Of a DNA stretch of 64,000 nt, positions 12,728 to 24,676 are shown in pieces (the first letter of the stretch is position 1; each line of letters starts with the position of its first letter). The DNA comes from Fimicolochytrium jonesii (lineage: Eukaryota): the NCBI RefSeq assembly GCF_025526975.1, contig NW_026515669.1, forward strand, positions 558,001 through 622,000. Direction: 5' to 3'. Below the pieces are notes generated by a model. The model ran no database searches. It was not told the DNA's origin and saw nothing but the letters and a program-made list of their open reading frames with translations. A program made the position numbers and the translations under genes.

Positions 12728-13159
12728 AGGCTTATCTTTGATTTGCTGCGTGCTGCATGTGCAATTCGTGTGGGGGGGGGGGCGTTTCCGCATGTTGTCA
12801 TGTCCGGAAGGCGCCGCGTTGGCCGGGTGGGAGTCAAGAGTCAGAGTCTGAGGTAGGGGTTAGATCTAGAGTCAGTTAGGGTTATGGCGGGTGTCATCAC
12901 AAGAAACACGCGCGCGAGGGAGGAAGTCCATTGTCCATGTCCAGAAACGCTACCTTGCCATCTTCCCACCCGTTAACGGGGCGCCGACAGTCCTTGCAAA
13001 GCATATCCCTTGCTGCTCAGTGACACTTGCTCTCACTTGTGTAAGGCGAAAGTCTTGAATGACACTTTGAGCGGGCTTTTATCGGGGAAAGTTTGACTCG
13101 GAGCATCGTATGAGACGGTAGTGAAAATAGTTGCAGTGAGGTTGGACTCTTTCGGCAGG

Positions 13160-16100
13160 ATGACTTCCCCATACGGTCGAAAGTCGACTGCAACAAAAGG
13201 GACCAGAAAAGGTCGCGAAAAGGACCCGGACTCTGACAGTGGCTCGGGTTCCGACGGCGGCCGCGCTCCACCACCTCGTAAGAAGGACGATAGTGGAGAC
13301 GACTCGGACTCGGACGGTGACGACGATAGAGCGTCGGGTTATGACGACCCGAAACGGCCCGACGTGCGGTGGACTGCGGAGGAGCAGGATGCTGGTGGGT
13401 CTCTTTGGTGTGCTTCACGGTTTCCCGACCGCCCGAGTGCCCGCCATCCAGCCGTACTCACACAAAAGTCCGTTCAGTGATGGATTTTTATGGCCTGCAG
13501 ACGCTCTATCCACAATCATGGCTTGACACCAGGGACAAGTTTTCATCATCTCGCACCGGATTGGGCGATGACGAATCATTAGCCGAGTCACTTGACGATG
13601 AGGATAAGCAAAGTCCGAAGGAGGCGGCGGGTACCGGGGAAGATGACGGCCCAATCGATACGTCCGATCCGCTGGCGGTGAAGGACTCAATCCTGGGGTA
13701 GGACAGTCGATGATGCCCTGTGGTATTGTGAAGAAGACGCTACTAACGACGCAGTACGCAGAGCGCGATGGAGACGCGGAACAGTGCCGCGCGGAAATGA
13801 ACAAGAACAGTGTGAGTGCTGTTCTCCTACGCATATCGCGTATCATGCGCCGCAGACGCGAAGCTAACGCATGCATTGCCTCTTCTCCCTTCTCAGTCGC
13901 CCAGCTCCTGATTAGCAGTCGAAAGTTCGACGCAAAGCACTTTCTTCGCGAAGTTCACAAAACTACCACTTATGACGACTTGGAGGTCGGCGCTGAGCAC
14001 TTGAGGCAGGCCATAGACCATAAAGAGGATGTCATCAAGAACTTGGTCAAGACTCACTTTGCCAAGTTCGTGAGCGCCAAGAGCACTATAGACTGTATGG
14101 GAGGATCACAAGAGCTGGCGGTTCCAACATGTGCGGTTGACTGACTCACTATCCAACTACCTTTGCAGCGTTTTATGATCAGATGAGAACGAAGAACCTG
14201 ATCTCGTCCGACGAATACGGGGTTGCTCCGTTCGCAAAGTCCATCGAAGGTATAGTCCATCTTCTCAATTCGCACATCCTGCAATACGCACTAAACCTCA
14301 ATCGAACTTAGCCCTGCAAGTGGACGCTGGAACGCTATACAACCCGCTTCTGCAACGTCGCGTGCAGGCAGCAAAGATCCGATCCACTCTCGCCGTGTTG
14401 GGACAGTGGAAGTTCTTCTTCAACCTACCTAGCGTCTTGCAGGGCTATGCAAAAAAGGTGAACAATGGTCCTTCACCGGGACGCGAGTGTCGAACCTGAC
14501 GATCTCACTGAATGCTACTGTCGCATAGGCAAAATACGACGCCCTAGTCAGAGACTACCAAAAGGGTAAATACCTCATGCACTCCTCCTTCGGCGAGAAC
14601 AGCCAACGTCGCACGGCCTTGAACAGCAAAGAGAAAGACGCCCTTCTCCCGCAACACCACCAGGCAGTCTTTGAAAAAGTATGGAGCGAGGTGGAAAGCA
14701 TCGTCGCTCAAGCTCGGCAGCAGCTGTTCCTCCGTCTGAGCGAGCCGTGGTTGGCGCTGGACGTGCAGGAGCGGAATATGACGTGAGTTTGCAGAGATGA
14801 GTTGCGCGGGAAAGGTTAGCGTTATCTGGACCGTCGAATAATGCCTCAACAGCATCGTCATTGTAGGTTTTTGATCGAGCTGGGTGCTGAGACGGATCCA
14901 GTGCATGTGTATTTGGACAAGCAGTACCAGTGGATTGTGGAGAGGTTGCGGAAGGCGTATAGGACGCATTTGCGGACTCTTGATGGTAGGCGACGGCGTT
15001 ACTGCAGTTCTATCTTGCGCATATGTTGCATTTTGATTGATGTTCATTGTTCCACAGAGCTTGCAAAGACATTCCAGGATGCCAGACAGCCGGTGTTCAC
15101 ACTTCCCAACCTACGCAAAGCTTTGAACATTGTAAAGTCACAAGAGTTCGAGCAAGCTTTTGGTAGGTTTGAGGCATCAAAGGGCAGCCTGGTTCTCCGA
15201 GTATGGAGCGTCCGCTCAAGCTTACCACGCTTTCTTTGAATCGTATAGCTGAAGACACGCATGTGCAACTCTTCAAAGCCACACAGAGGCTTGTCAGAGC
15301 TTTATGCAACGTCCTCCTAGATTGTTTGCCGGACTTCTGGCGGCTTTGCAAGATCTACTCGGGAAGCAAGCTTCAAAAGGTTGGTGCGACTGAGAGTAGA
15401 TCTAGAGTTGAAGCTGCGAGTTCATCTCAAATGGTCTGCCCTTCAATTTGCAGCCCAAGAACTTCGACTCGGCAGAAGCAGCCGCACAATCCCGAATGAA
15501 ACGGCGACTAGACTCCAAGAAACTCGAACACTGCCAATCCTACATTCGTAACATATTGGATCTCTTCTCAAAATCACTAGCCCGCGCATTTTACACCGAC
15601 ACACCACTTTCAAACCTTCGAGCGATCATCGAGGCAGATGTAGGAAGCAGTGCAGATCTCTCTTCCCACATCGACGGCGACGTCTTACAATCCCCGGAAA
15701 AAGCTACGGGGGAAGACATACCGCCGCCTCCAACAGGCCAAACTGGAAGCATCCTCACCCCGGCTCCCCCCCTGCCACCACCCTCTCCGATCCCTTTCCG
15801 ATTCGCATCCTTCCTCCACTCACATCCACTGACGGCGTCGTATTTCTTCATCAAGATTATGGGGGAACTGACCCGGTGTTTTGGAGAGATACGCGCTATT
15901 CGGATCGTGGGTAATGAGCAGCTGATGATTGATTTGGCGGCGGGGATGGATAGGGTGAAGGTTAGGGCTACGGAGGTGGTTTGTGATGGGATGTTGGAAG
16001 GTAAGTTGGCTCATGTTGGGCGTATTCGCACCTCCCTGTTTTCGGACTTACCTTCAACGATATCCTAGAATCGCGGACCTTCCACATGTACGAGGACTGG

Positions 16101-17866
16101 TCCTTCGACCACGACATGGCCGCCCAAATGGCAGCCCAAGGCCCCGGAATCCGCGCCTCCACATCCGAAAACGCACTAGCAAACGTCTCCTCCATTCAAT
16201 CCACATGGCGCACCAACGCGACCGCCAATGACGCCACCAACCTGCTCAAACTCTTCTACAGGCTGCACCACTACATCATGCGCTGTCTGCAGCGGATAGC
16301 CGCCGCGCCGATATCGGTATCCGATGACGCCGGCGCGGGCCGTGATTCGGTGGGGACGGCTATGGGACGACCCAACGCCTCTGTCGCCTCGGCTGGCCCG
16401 CTCGCATCCCCTACTTCTCCGGGTGGACTCAACATCGAGCGCCACATCCCACACAACATCCTCGTCGCCATCAAAGCGGCATTTAACGCGTCTATGTTTG
16501 CGATGCTGGACGGGCTCCAATGGCTCGCTACCTCGTGGACGCCCGCGTTGATGGCGAGCGCGAGTCAGCAAGCGGCAGACGGGAGGGAACTGGCGTCCCC
16601 TGAGTCGCTGATGACGAATCTGCACAATCGACCATCAGCGGTGGCGGGGTCGACGGCCGTGTTGAGTGGGGCGTTTGGCGGTGGAGATGCTGCGCGTGCG
16701 ACAATGGGGAATGCGCCGATTTGGAAGAATAAATCGACTGTTGTTGATGTTGAGAAGGCGGTGGGTGGTTTCTTCTTCGATGGGTGTAAGTGAGCCATGG
16801 GGCGTGGGAGACTCACTTGGCAACCATCTGGTCTTAGGAGGTGCGCATCCTCATCGTGCTATCCAATCTAAGCTACATGCGCAAGTTCCTCCTCCCAAAG
16901 CTTGGACTCCTGTTCGAAGACAGATTTGGCATCGTGCTGAGCTCAGACATGAAGGTAAATCTCGTCTTACTCTATCTGGCTTCTGTTCCCCTAGCAAACT
17001 ACTCATATGCTTCTCGATGTGTTATAAGAACCTGCAAAACACTCTCAACGACCTCGACTCACTCCTCTTCCGAAACTACGTGAAGCGCACCGCAGCGAGT
17101 CTGCGGATGATCATCAGGGACGGCATCTTGTTCGAAGGGATGGATTGGAGCGGGTTGTCCAAACCACAAGGTTACAAACCTGAAACACAATCCTACCCTC
17201 TTTCCTTCCTCTTTTCATTAACCACAGCCCTACAACATTAAACAGAGGTCCGACCGTACGTCTTCCGGGGCCTCCTCCTCCTCGTCGCCGTGCACGCGCA
17301 AGTCAGCGGTGTCTCTCGCGCGCTGGTCGTGAGAGTACTGGAGGAACTCACGATCGTGCTTGCGTCGGATGTGTTGGACTCGGTGCGGCAGGTGGAGCGG
17401 TTTAATTGGGGTGGGATGTTGCAGGTACGTCAGTTGGGATAACTCTTGTCCGACAGATAGAGGCACCGTGAGCAGTTATTGATGAGACGCTCTGCGTTTT
17501 TTGGACCGATAGGCAACCCTCGAAATCCAGTTCCTCGACCAAACCTTGACAGCCTACTCCACCAGCACATCCTCCCAGCTGCTCACACTGGCGTACGACA
17601 CCATCGAGCGTGGGCACGAGAGGTATGAGCTCCCATCATTTGAAACAGCAGCACCGTGGTTAGCATACCCACAAATATTAACCTGATATTCCTCAATTAA
17701 CAGCGAGAAATCCGACAACACAACAGGCGATAAAGACGACCTCTTCAAGAAAGTCAAGACGCTTCTTGCGGACGCGAAGCGCGCTACGGAGGTGCAGTTT
17801 TCGTGTTTTAAAGAGCAGAAGGGGGACGAGAAGGGTGTATATGTTGGGGATGAGGACGACAGCTGA
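13160..17866 (+). CDS. SEC5: Exocyst complex component Sec5/EXOC2
   Basis: Motifs SDPL; LISSRKFDAKHFLREVHKTTTYDDLEVGAEHL...LVKTHFAKFVSAKSTID; WKFFFNLPS; YDALVRDYQKGK; RILIVLSNL; EVRPYVFRGLLLLVAVHA; GGMLQATLEIQFL; TEVQFSCFK. Many GT-AG introns. Confidence 0.93.
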
Positions 17867-18295
17867 GAATACCGAATGGAGAGTAGTTTCAGTGGGGTTT
17901 TTTTTTTGGAAATGAATATCGTATTTTGGGGGACTCCACCCTTCGTAAGGTGGCTCGCTCCAGGCGTTGGTTGCCCATGCGCCAATTCAGATTTGTCTTC
18001 TGTCCATGACTTATGATGTGAAGAAAAGAACTGCAACAAAATACCTCCCACTCGGTTTGTAATGTGAATAATGATAAACGAAAGGATGTAGAAGAAAAAA
18101 CGTGTAGATACAGTGGTTGTGAGAAAGTGATGCAAACACAAACGTCACGGTGTTGAAGGAACGGTGAGTTCAGAAGACTCTTCATCCCGCCCCGCCTCCC
18201 ACGTCCCGTCTTTCTTTCTTATTGCGAGATTCGCATACGTTTATTGCGTCCGGCAGGATGAGAGTTGGAGAATCTGAGAGGTCTTGGTCGCATTT

Positions 18296-20322
18296 TTATG
18301 CATGCAGCGAGTTATGTAACCCAATGACCTCGCCCGCGGGCGCCTGACGGGCCTCTTTCGAGTTGTCGTTCCGGAGGCCTTCGAGGTGGTTGAGGTATGC
18401 TTCGTCAATGTCACCTATTGTATGGCGTAATGGATGAGTGATTGAGCTTATCGGTTCGAATCGGGGCCATTGGGGGGATCCAAAAAAGCGACGTACCAGT
18501 GATATAACACCCATTGAAGACCGAAATATCAAACTGCTTAATATCCAGATTCAAACTCCTAACCGACTCGACCAGATCCTCGATCGCCTGGTAGATAACG
18601 CGATCGGCGCCGATCTCCTCCGCGACCTGGCTGGCGGTTCGGTTATGCGCGACGAGTTCCTGGCGCGTGGGCATGTCGATGCCGTACACGTTGGGGAAAC
18701 GCACGGGTGGCGCGCAGGATGCGAAATATACTTTTTTGGCGCCGGCTTCGCGGGCCATTTGGATGATTTCGTAGGAGGTTGTGCCGCGCACGATTGAGTC
18801 TGTTGTGAAGACGATTGGTGAGGAAGGCGGGTCATGATCCGTGCATTAGGAATGCCCGAGCTCTGGACAGCCCGACACAGGGGAGAAGCCACGTACCATC
18901 GACAAGCAAGACATTCTTCCCCGCAAACTCCATATTCATAGCGTTCAGTTTCCGCCTCACGGACTTCTTCCGTTGCTGTTGCCCAGGCATGATGAACGTT
19001 CTCCCGATGTATCGGTTCTTCACGAACCCTTCTCGATACAGGATGTTCAGCTTATACGATGCTTGCAGGGCCGAACATCTACTTGTATCTGGAACCTGCA
19101 GCGTGGATAGAATGCACCGGTGAGGAAACTCACTTCTCCTAACTCGAAACGCTCGCAAAATCACACTCACGGGAATGACAACATCGATATCGTGATTGCT
19201 CCCCAACTCCTTCAACACAGCCTTAGCGAGCGCCTCGCCCATGGCCAGCCGGGCCTTGTACACAGAGATCCCATCCATGATCGAGTCTGGTCGTGCAAAG
19301 TACACGTATTCGAAAATGTCGGGTGTGAACGGCTCGTTTGACCGGCATTGGCGCTTTTTCACGCCGTTCTTTGTCAGGATCACGGCTTCGCCCGGTTTGA
19401 CATCGATGAAGTTGGTGAAACCTAAAGCGTCCAAGACCACACTCTCGGAAGCAAGCATGTAGTCGGTGCCATGCGCCGTCGCCCGTTCTCCGTAGATTAG
19501 CGGCCTGATTCCATTGGGATCCCGGAACCCGATCAACCCAAACCCGGCAATCATCCCCACGCACGCATATCCGCCCTTGCACTGCGCATACACGCCCTCA
19601 AGAGCCTTGAAGATATCCTCCTCGTTGACGCGGAACTTGCCCGTCTTGTTCAGATGGTCTGCGAAGATGTTCAGCAGGAGTTCGGAGTCGGAGTCGGTGT
19701 TGACGTGGCGGTGCGCTTCGTGGTCGAGGAAGTCGCGGAGGTCCGTGGAGTTTGTAAGGTTTCCGTTCTAATTGACGTTGGAGGGAACGTTAGATGATGC
19801 TTCAACGGAATCGAGCGGACATTGCTGATCTGCGTAAGCGTCCCCTTACATGAGCGAAAACAATCCCGTAAGGGCTGTTGACATAGAACGGTTGTGCCTC
19901 CGCATTCGACGACGTGCCCGCAGTCGGGTATCGCACTAGCAACCCCATCGCAAAGTTAAAACGCTCAGTAACTTCCCCCCAATCGGCCCAAAAGCTCTGC
20001 TCCCTCCCCCCAGGCAAGACCCTTACCGTGCCCAACGCCCAACGCCCCCTGCAATTCCACCAACTGCCTCGGCTCGAAAACGTCACGGACCATCCCGTTC
20101 CCTTTGCACTGATACAGCCGGCCTTTGTTGCCGCACGTTATGATTCCCGCTGCATCCTATTCATTGTATTCGGGTTCAGTTGAAGAACTTACACAGGAGA
20201 GCTCCAACATGAATCCCATCACCCACCTGCCCACGATGTTGCAGGAGCCCCAGTCCCTCGTACAGCTCTGCGCTGGCGGAGGCGGACGAGTCCGCCAAGA
20301 GTACGCCGTTAATACCGCACAT
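18296..20322 (-). CDS. ADE4: Amidophosphoribosyltransferase
   Basis: MCGI N-terminal nucleophile Cys; [69 protein letters not shown]. Confidence 0.97.
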
Positions 20323-20991
20323 ATTGCGCTCTGATAACTGTTAATGAGCGTCGAACAGTATTCGTAAGGCTTTTCTAAAGAATGGTGCGTGAGAAAGAAA
20401 TTCCTGGCAACTTGAACGTAAGACTTCCAGACGAGAGGGCTACGCATACAATACCTCAGCAACGCTTCTATTCAGCTGCGGGTCGGTATATGGTCTATGG
20501 GTACGACGCTGCGAGGTTGAAGGTTGGCTCAGGCTGTTTCCGCAGACCCAGAAAAAAGGGCCAAGCGGATCTCACCGCGCATGGAAATCAAATCAGATCT
20601 CGGGCGACGCGACTGGCTGCTGGTGACCGTTCGACTGCGCGCAGAGGGCGATGCTGTAGTGTAAGGCCGAGACTGGGAAAACCGCATAATAGTAATCTTG
20701 TAGAGTGGGATCGAATGTACGGTACAATCATGCATGTTTTGTTGAAGCTACGCCGTGCCATAGGTAATAGGTGTATTGATGCGATGTATAGTACAATTTT
20801 GCAAAAAGAGTGATATATAAGAAAGTGCGGTACACATGAGTGGCAGGGAGCAGCTCCATCGAGGACCTGCCTCGCGGGAAAACGCAAAACCACGGCCCAA
20901 ATCTCTATCTATCCCGGCCAAAAGGCCAAAAACGGAAGCGCCCCACCAGCTACGACGAAAATCTACGTTTATCGCCGCTAATAGTCCATGT

Positions 20992-22209
20992 TTACGCCTT
21001 CCCCACCACCCTCCTCCGGCCCCTCCAATCCCTCCACTTCCTCCCCAAGCCCACCATCGCTACCACCGCAGCAACAGCCGCCACCGGCACCAGATCAACC
21101 AAAATCGCAAGCCCAATCTTCTTTCGCAGCCCCCTGACCGCGCTCACGGATGTGGGGTCGACTCGTATCTGTTGTTGCTGTGCGGCGGGAAGGATGCGTG
21201 GGAATGGGACGCGGGCGGGGGTTGTTGCGTTGTTATTGAAGGACTGCGGTGGAGCGACGGTTTGATTGGTGGTTGGAGTGGAGTTGAGGACGATGCCGGA
21301 GAGGGTTGTGGGCGCTGCACGGGCGGTTGACGTCGTTCCTGTCGATTGTGTTGATACTGCGGGGATTGTTGCCGCTGGGATGCTAGGCGTAGGTGCAACA
21401 ACCGGAGTCAAAACCGCCACGGCTGTCGGAGCCACGGTCGCCGGCACCCGACTCCTCACCGCAGCATTCCCGCAATTAGGCGCCAGGAGCGCAAAGAACT
21501 GATCCCGCAGGCCGGTGAAATCCGTGGCGCACGGATAGAAGCCAACTGGGTCGCCGTTTGCGACCGATTTGCGATTGGCAACGTTGCCGATGCCGACACA
21601 GGACGGTGGTTGTGTTGAGGGGTTGAGCAGTTGCGCTGAGAAGGCTAAAACGTAAGGAGATGGAACTGTTAGTCGATGGATGCATGGAAAGTGGATCTTT
21701 GCTTGTCCAAGTCCGATCGCAATGATCTTCTTCCACCCTCGAAAACACTTACAATTCTCCTGCAGACTATTGATCTTCCACCCCGTAGCAGGGGTCCCAA
21801 CCGCACAAACGGCCGACTGCTGCACTACACTCCCAGGCCCCACAAACACACTATCCGTATACAAACACACACCCTTCCCCGGCACCACCACTTGCCACTG
21901 CCCACCCCCTACGTCCCTAAACTGAACCTGCTGGTTCGCGTCCGCAGCATTACACCCATCGACGATACTCCATGACCCAGCCCCCGGTCGAGCGTCGGCG
22001 GTGGCCATAAGTGCCGAGAAGCATTGTAGGCCGACAGGGGAGGGCGTGCGGGAGAGGAGGTGGTAAGTTATGGAGGGGAGAGGGGGCCAGGGGCAGAGTT
22101 GGAGGCCGGCGGGGACGTTGATTCCTTGTTGGGCGGTGGTGTGTGTGCAGGTGTGGAGAAGGAGGAGGAGGGCGGATAGAAAGGGGGTAGGGAATGATAG
22201 ACTTCGCAT
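20992..22209 (-). CDS. Secreted/type I membrane protein with a putative ricin-type beta-trefoil domain, Thr/Pro stalk and C-terminal TM helix
   Basis: Signal peptide; repeats of C-hydrophobic...C...Q-x-F/W (CNAADANQQVQF, CAVGTPATGW, CATDFTGLRDQFF); in-frame intron 21636-21752; hydrophobic segment followed by a basic tail. Confidence 0.55.
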   Translation of the reverse strand: MRSLSFPTPFLSALLLLLHTCTHTTAQQGINVPAGLQLCPWPPLPSITYHLLSRTPSPVGLQCFSALMATADARPGAGSWSIVDGCNAADANQQVQFRDVGGGQWQVVVPGKGVCLYTDSVFVGPGSVVQQSAVCAVGTPATGWKINSLQENCKCFRGWKKIIAIGLGQAKIHFPCIHRLTVPSPYVLAFSAQLLNPSTQPPSCVGIGNVANRKSVANGDPVGFYPCATDFTGLRDQFFALLAPNCGNAAVRSRVPATVAPTAVAVLTPVVAPTPSIPAATIPAVSTQSTGTTSTARAAPTTLSGIVLNSTPTTNQTVAPPQSFNNNATTPARVPFPRILPAAQQQQIRVDPTSVSAVRGLRKKIGLAILVDLVPVAAVAAVVAMVGLGRKWRDWRGRRRVVGKA

Positions 22210-22876
22210 TTTGGAATTGTGCTATGGTGCGCTCAGCTCGGTGCTGGCCATGAAGTTGACCAGTCGTTGAGGGTATGGGCAGTATTGGGTGTCGATGCCT
22301 TTCCTCTGAAGGGTACCGTAGCAGTAGGCTATGTATGGTCTACGTTTCCGGCGGGTTTTCGGAAACAGCGCTATCGAAATGTCTCTCGGAGCTCAACGCA
22401 GTGGAGATTGCGGACCAAGAGAGTACAAGTTTGAGTTCGGAGGGCAGCCACCGCCGCCGTTCGAGTGTCAGTCATTGCACCTGCTGCCATCGCTGTTGCC
22501 GATGGCCCTTTGGGTGGCACCTCTGCTGGATTCAATGCGAAACTTGTCGGAACATGAAACGCTCGGGCGGTGAACGCCGTGATTCGTTCCCACCGTGTTG
22601 TTTCACCTTGTTTTAAAACCACGTGAGGGGGCGCTATTTAAACGGATTGGTTTTTCACCTAGCGAGAACGGGAACAATCGTATTGCACAGAAGAGTCGTT
22701 GTCCAAGGATGTGTGAGTGTACAGTATATATGGTAGTCCAACTAAGGGATTTTGCGGACAGGAACCGGGAGTCTATGGATATCTAGGATAGTGAGGGGCG
22801 ATGTCACGAAAGGACTGGGTTTTACGCCGGGTTGCTCAATACAGCCGGGAAACGAACGCCTGCCATGAAGAAATGC

Positions 22877-23920
22877 CTACACCGTCAAACTCTCCTTCCG
22901 CTCAGGACACCCCCAAACCGCCTTCCTCCACCCCTCCCCGTTCGCAAGGCACGCAAGAGGAAACACGCCCACCTCGCCCGTGCTCACATTCATCCCCGTC
23001 GCCCACGAATCCGGCCATGTGCGGTTCACAATCACCACATCGTCCGCCTTCAGCCCAATCTCATCGCTACGTATTGTCGACGCGGTGTGAGCGGAGGTGA
23101 CGGAGTAGATCATGTTGGGGGTCTTGGGCAGGGTTGTGACGGGCCCACCAGGGTGTGATAGGATGAGGAGGTGGGTGGCGGATTCGGAGGTGTTGGGGAG
23201 GAGGGCGAGAGAATGTGGGTCCGGGTTTGTGTGGGGTTTGGTGGGGTGGGAGAGGGCGCGGGAACGACCTGGTTTTGCGCCCATGGGGGTCATGGGTGTT
23301 GTTGAGGTGATGTAAGGGAGGGAGTGAAGAGCGCGGCGTTTGCGGATACGCAAGATGATCAGGCCGACGAGGGTAAGTAGGAAGATGAGAGCGGAGATGC
23401 TGACGGCGACTGTGGTCGCGGTGTTGGATGTGGGTGGCGGGGCGCTAATCAGTGCGACATTTGTTGGTTGCACGCCTATGGGGTTGGTGGCTGCTGCTAG
23501 AGTGGTGGTCGGTATTGTCGCCACGGCCGTGACGGTGGTCAGCGAAGGGGCTTCCTTTGACCTTGTCACCGCTGCGGGCGCGCCGTTCAACAGCAGGCCG
23601 CTGGTATATACCGAGAACCTCCCCGTATTTGAGTTCCCACACGGCCATTGCCCAGATAATCCACACGTCTGCGAGCACTCTGCGGGATTTTGCGTGATCA
23701 GATTGTTTGTGGAGTCCGTTTCGGAGGAGCATCGACATGTCCCGTCCTGCAGGAGAATGTAGGGTGCTTGAGTGCGTGCGCAGGAGGCGGCGCAGTCTGT
23801 GATGACGGTGTCCCGGGTGGAAGTGGAAGGGAGGGGAATTGGGGCTCCAGGTAGGTTGCGGAGTGAGACGCAGCGGACATACTTCCAATTGGCGCCCAGC
23901 GGTGGAGGTTGCGCTGACAT
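22877..23920 (-). CDS. WSC-domain / TM / SH3 cell-surface sensor-like protein
   Basis: WSC Cys pattern (YVRC...CAASC...CRC...C...C...CG...SVY); TM VAVSISALIFLLTLVGLIIL followed by RIRKRR; SH3 DEIGLKADDVVIV...DSWATG...GEVGVFPLACL. An upstream exon is possible. Confidence 0.8.
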   Translation of the reverse strand: MSAQPPPLGANWKYVRCVSLRNLPGAPIPLPSTSTRDTVITDCAASCARTQAPYILLQDGTCRCSSETDSTNNLITQNPAECSQTCGLSGQWPCGNSNTGRFSVYTSGLLLNGAPAAVTRSKEAPSLTTVTAVATIPTTTLAAATNPIGVQPTNVALISAPPPTSNTATTVAVSISALIFLLTLVGLIILRIRKRRALHSLPYITSTTPMTPMGAKPGRSRALSHPTKPHTNPDPHSLALLPNTSESATHLLILSHPGGPVTTLPKTPNMIYSVTSAHTASTIRSDEIGLKADDVVIVNRTWPDSWATGMNVSTGEVGVFPLACLANGEGWRKAVWGCPERKESLTV

Positions 23921-24676
23921 TCTGGGAACTCGTTGTCAGGGCGGCGAATGGTAAGGAATGGGATTAACAAGGGTATCTGGTGGATGCAGAAGCGCGGCTG
24001 GTGGCGGGAAGGAAACCGGCAACTACCACACTCTCACAGAAGCGTCTGCTATCGCTGCCTTCTCTCTATGTCGGCGTCCTAAACTCGGAGGGATCTGTCG
24101 GCCTGTCGTGAACGGCTTCTCACTCGGAAGGCGTAGATGCTTCGAGGGGTTCGAGTATAGGACTATGGGGAGGGGCTGGCCCGCAAAGCCAACCTGATGA
24201 GAGTCTGAGTTATAGATTGCAGATATATCAATTGTACTGTACGAGCGATGCCAGATATCCTAACGTCGTCGTCGTCGTTGTTCGTTCTTGCCCAGCCAAG
24301 AGAGTCGAGACCGGCCGCAGGTTTGTTGAGTTGTCGCCCGCAGCCACTTGCTTCCCATCCCACGCAGCCACAGAGGAGTCGACTGATGGGAACTGGCCGC
24401 TGCTTCTTCCAATTGACAGTTGTCGCCCTTGTCTCTCGCCTTCTGTCACATGACTCGCCTGTGAATTGAATGCAGTTAAAACCACTCTCTGATTCCAGGA
24501 GGCAGGCAGTCGCGCTCCGTGCGTCCCGGTAACAAGCCTGATCTGCCTGATGAATTACGGTATTAAACTTCGTGGCCCTCACAAGTTACAACAATCGACG
24601 CCGTCTCCGCAATTTGATTCCTCTCTAGTCCCCGCCCCAAACCCGATGGGCATTGCAGATTGCAATAGCAAGCACC

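Noticed and set aside
12590..12837. PolyQ/polyN ORFs upstream of AMPK-beta
   Set aside because: Explained by the CAA microsatellite; the gene has a good MGN start at 12335
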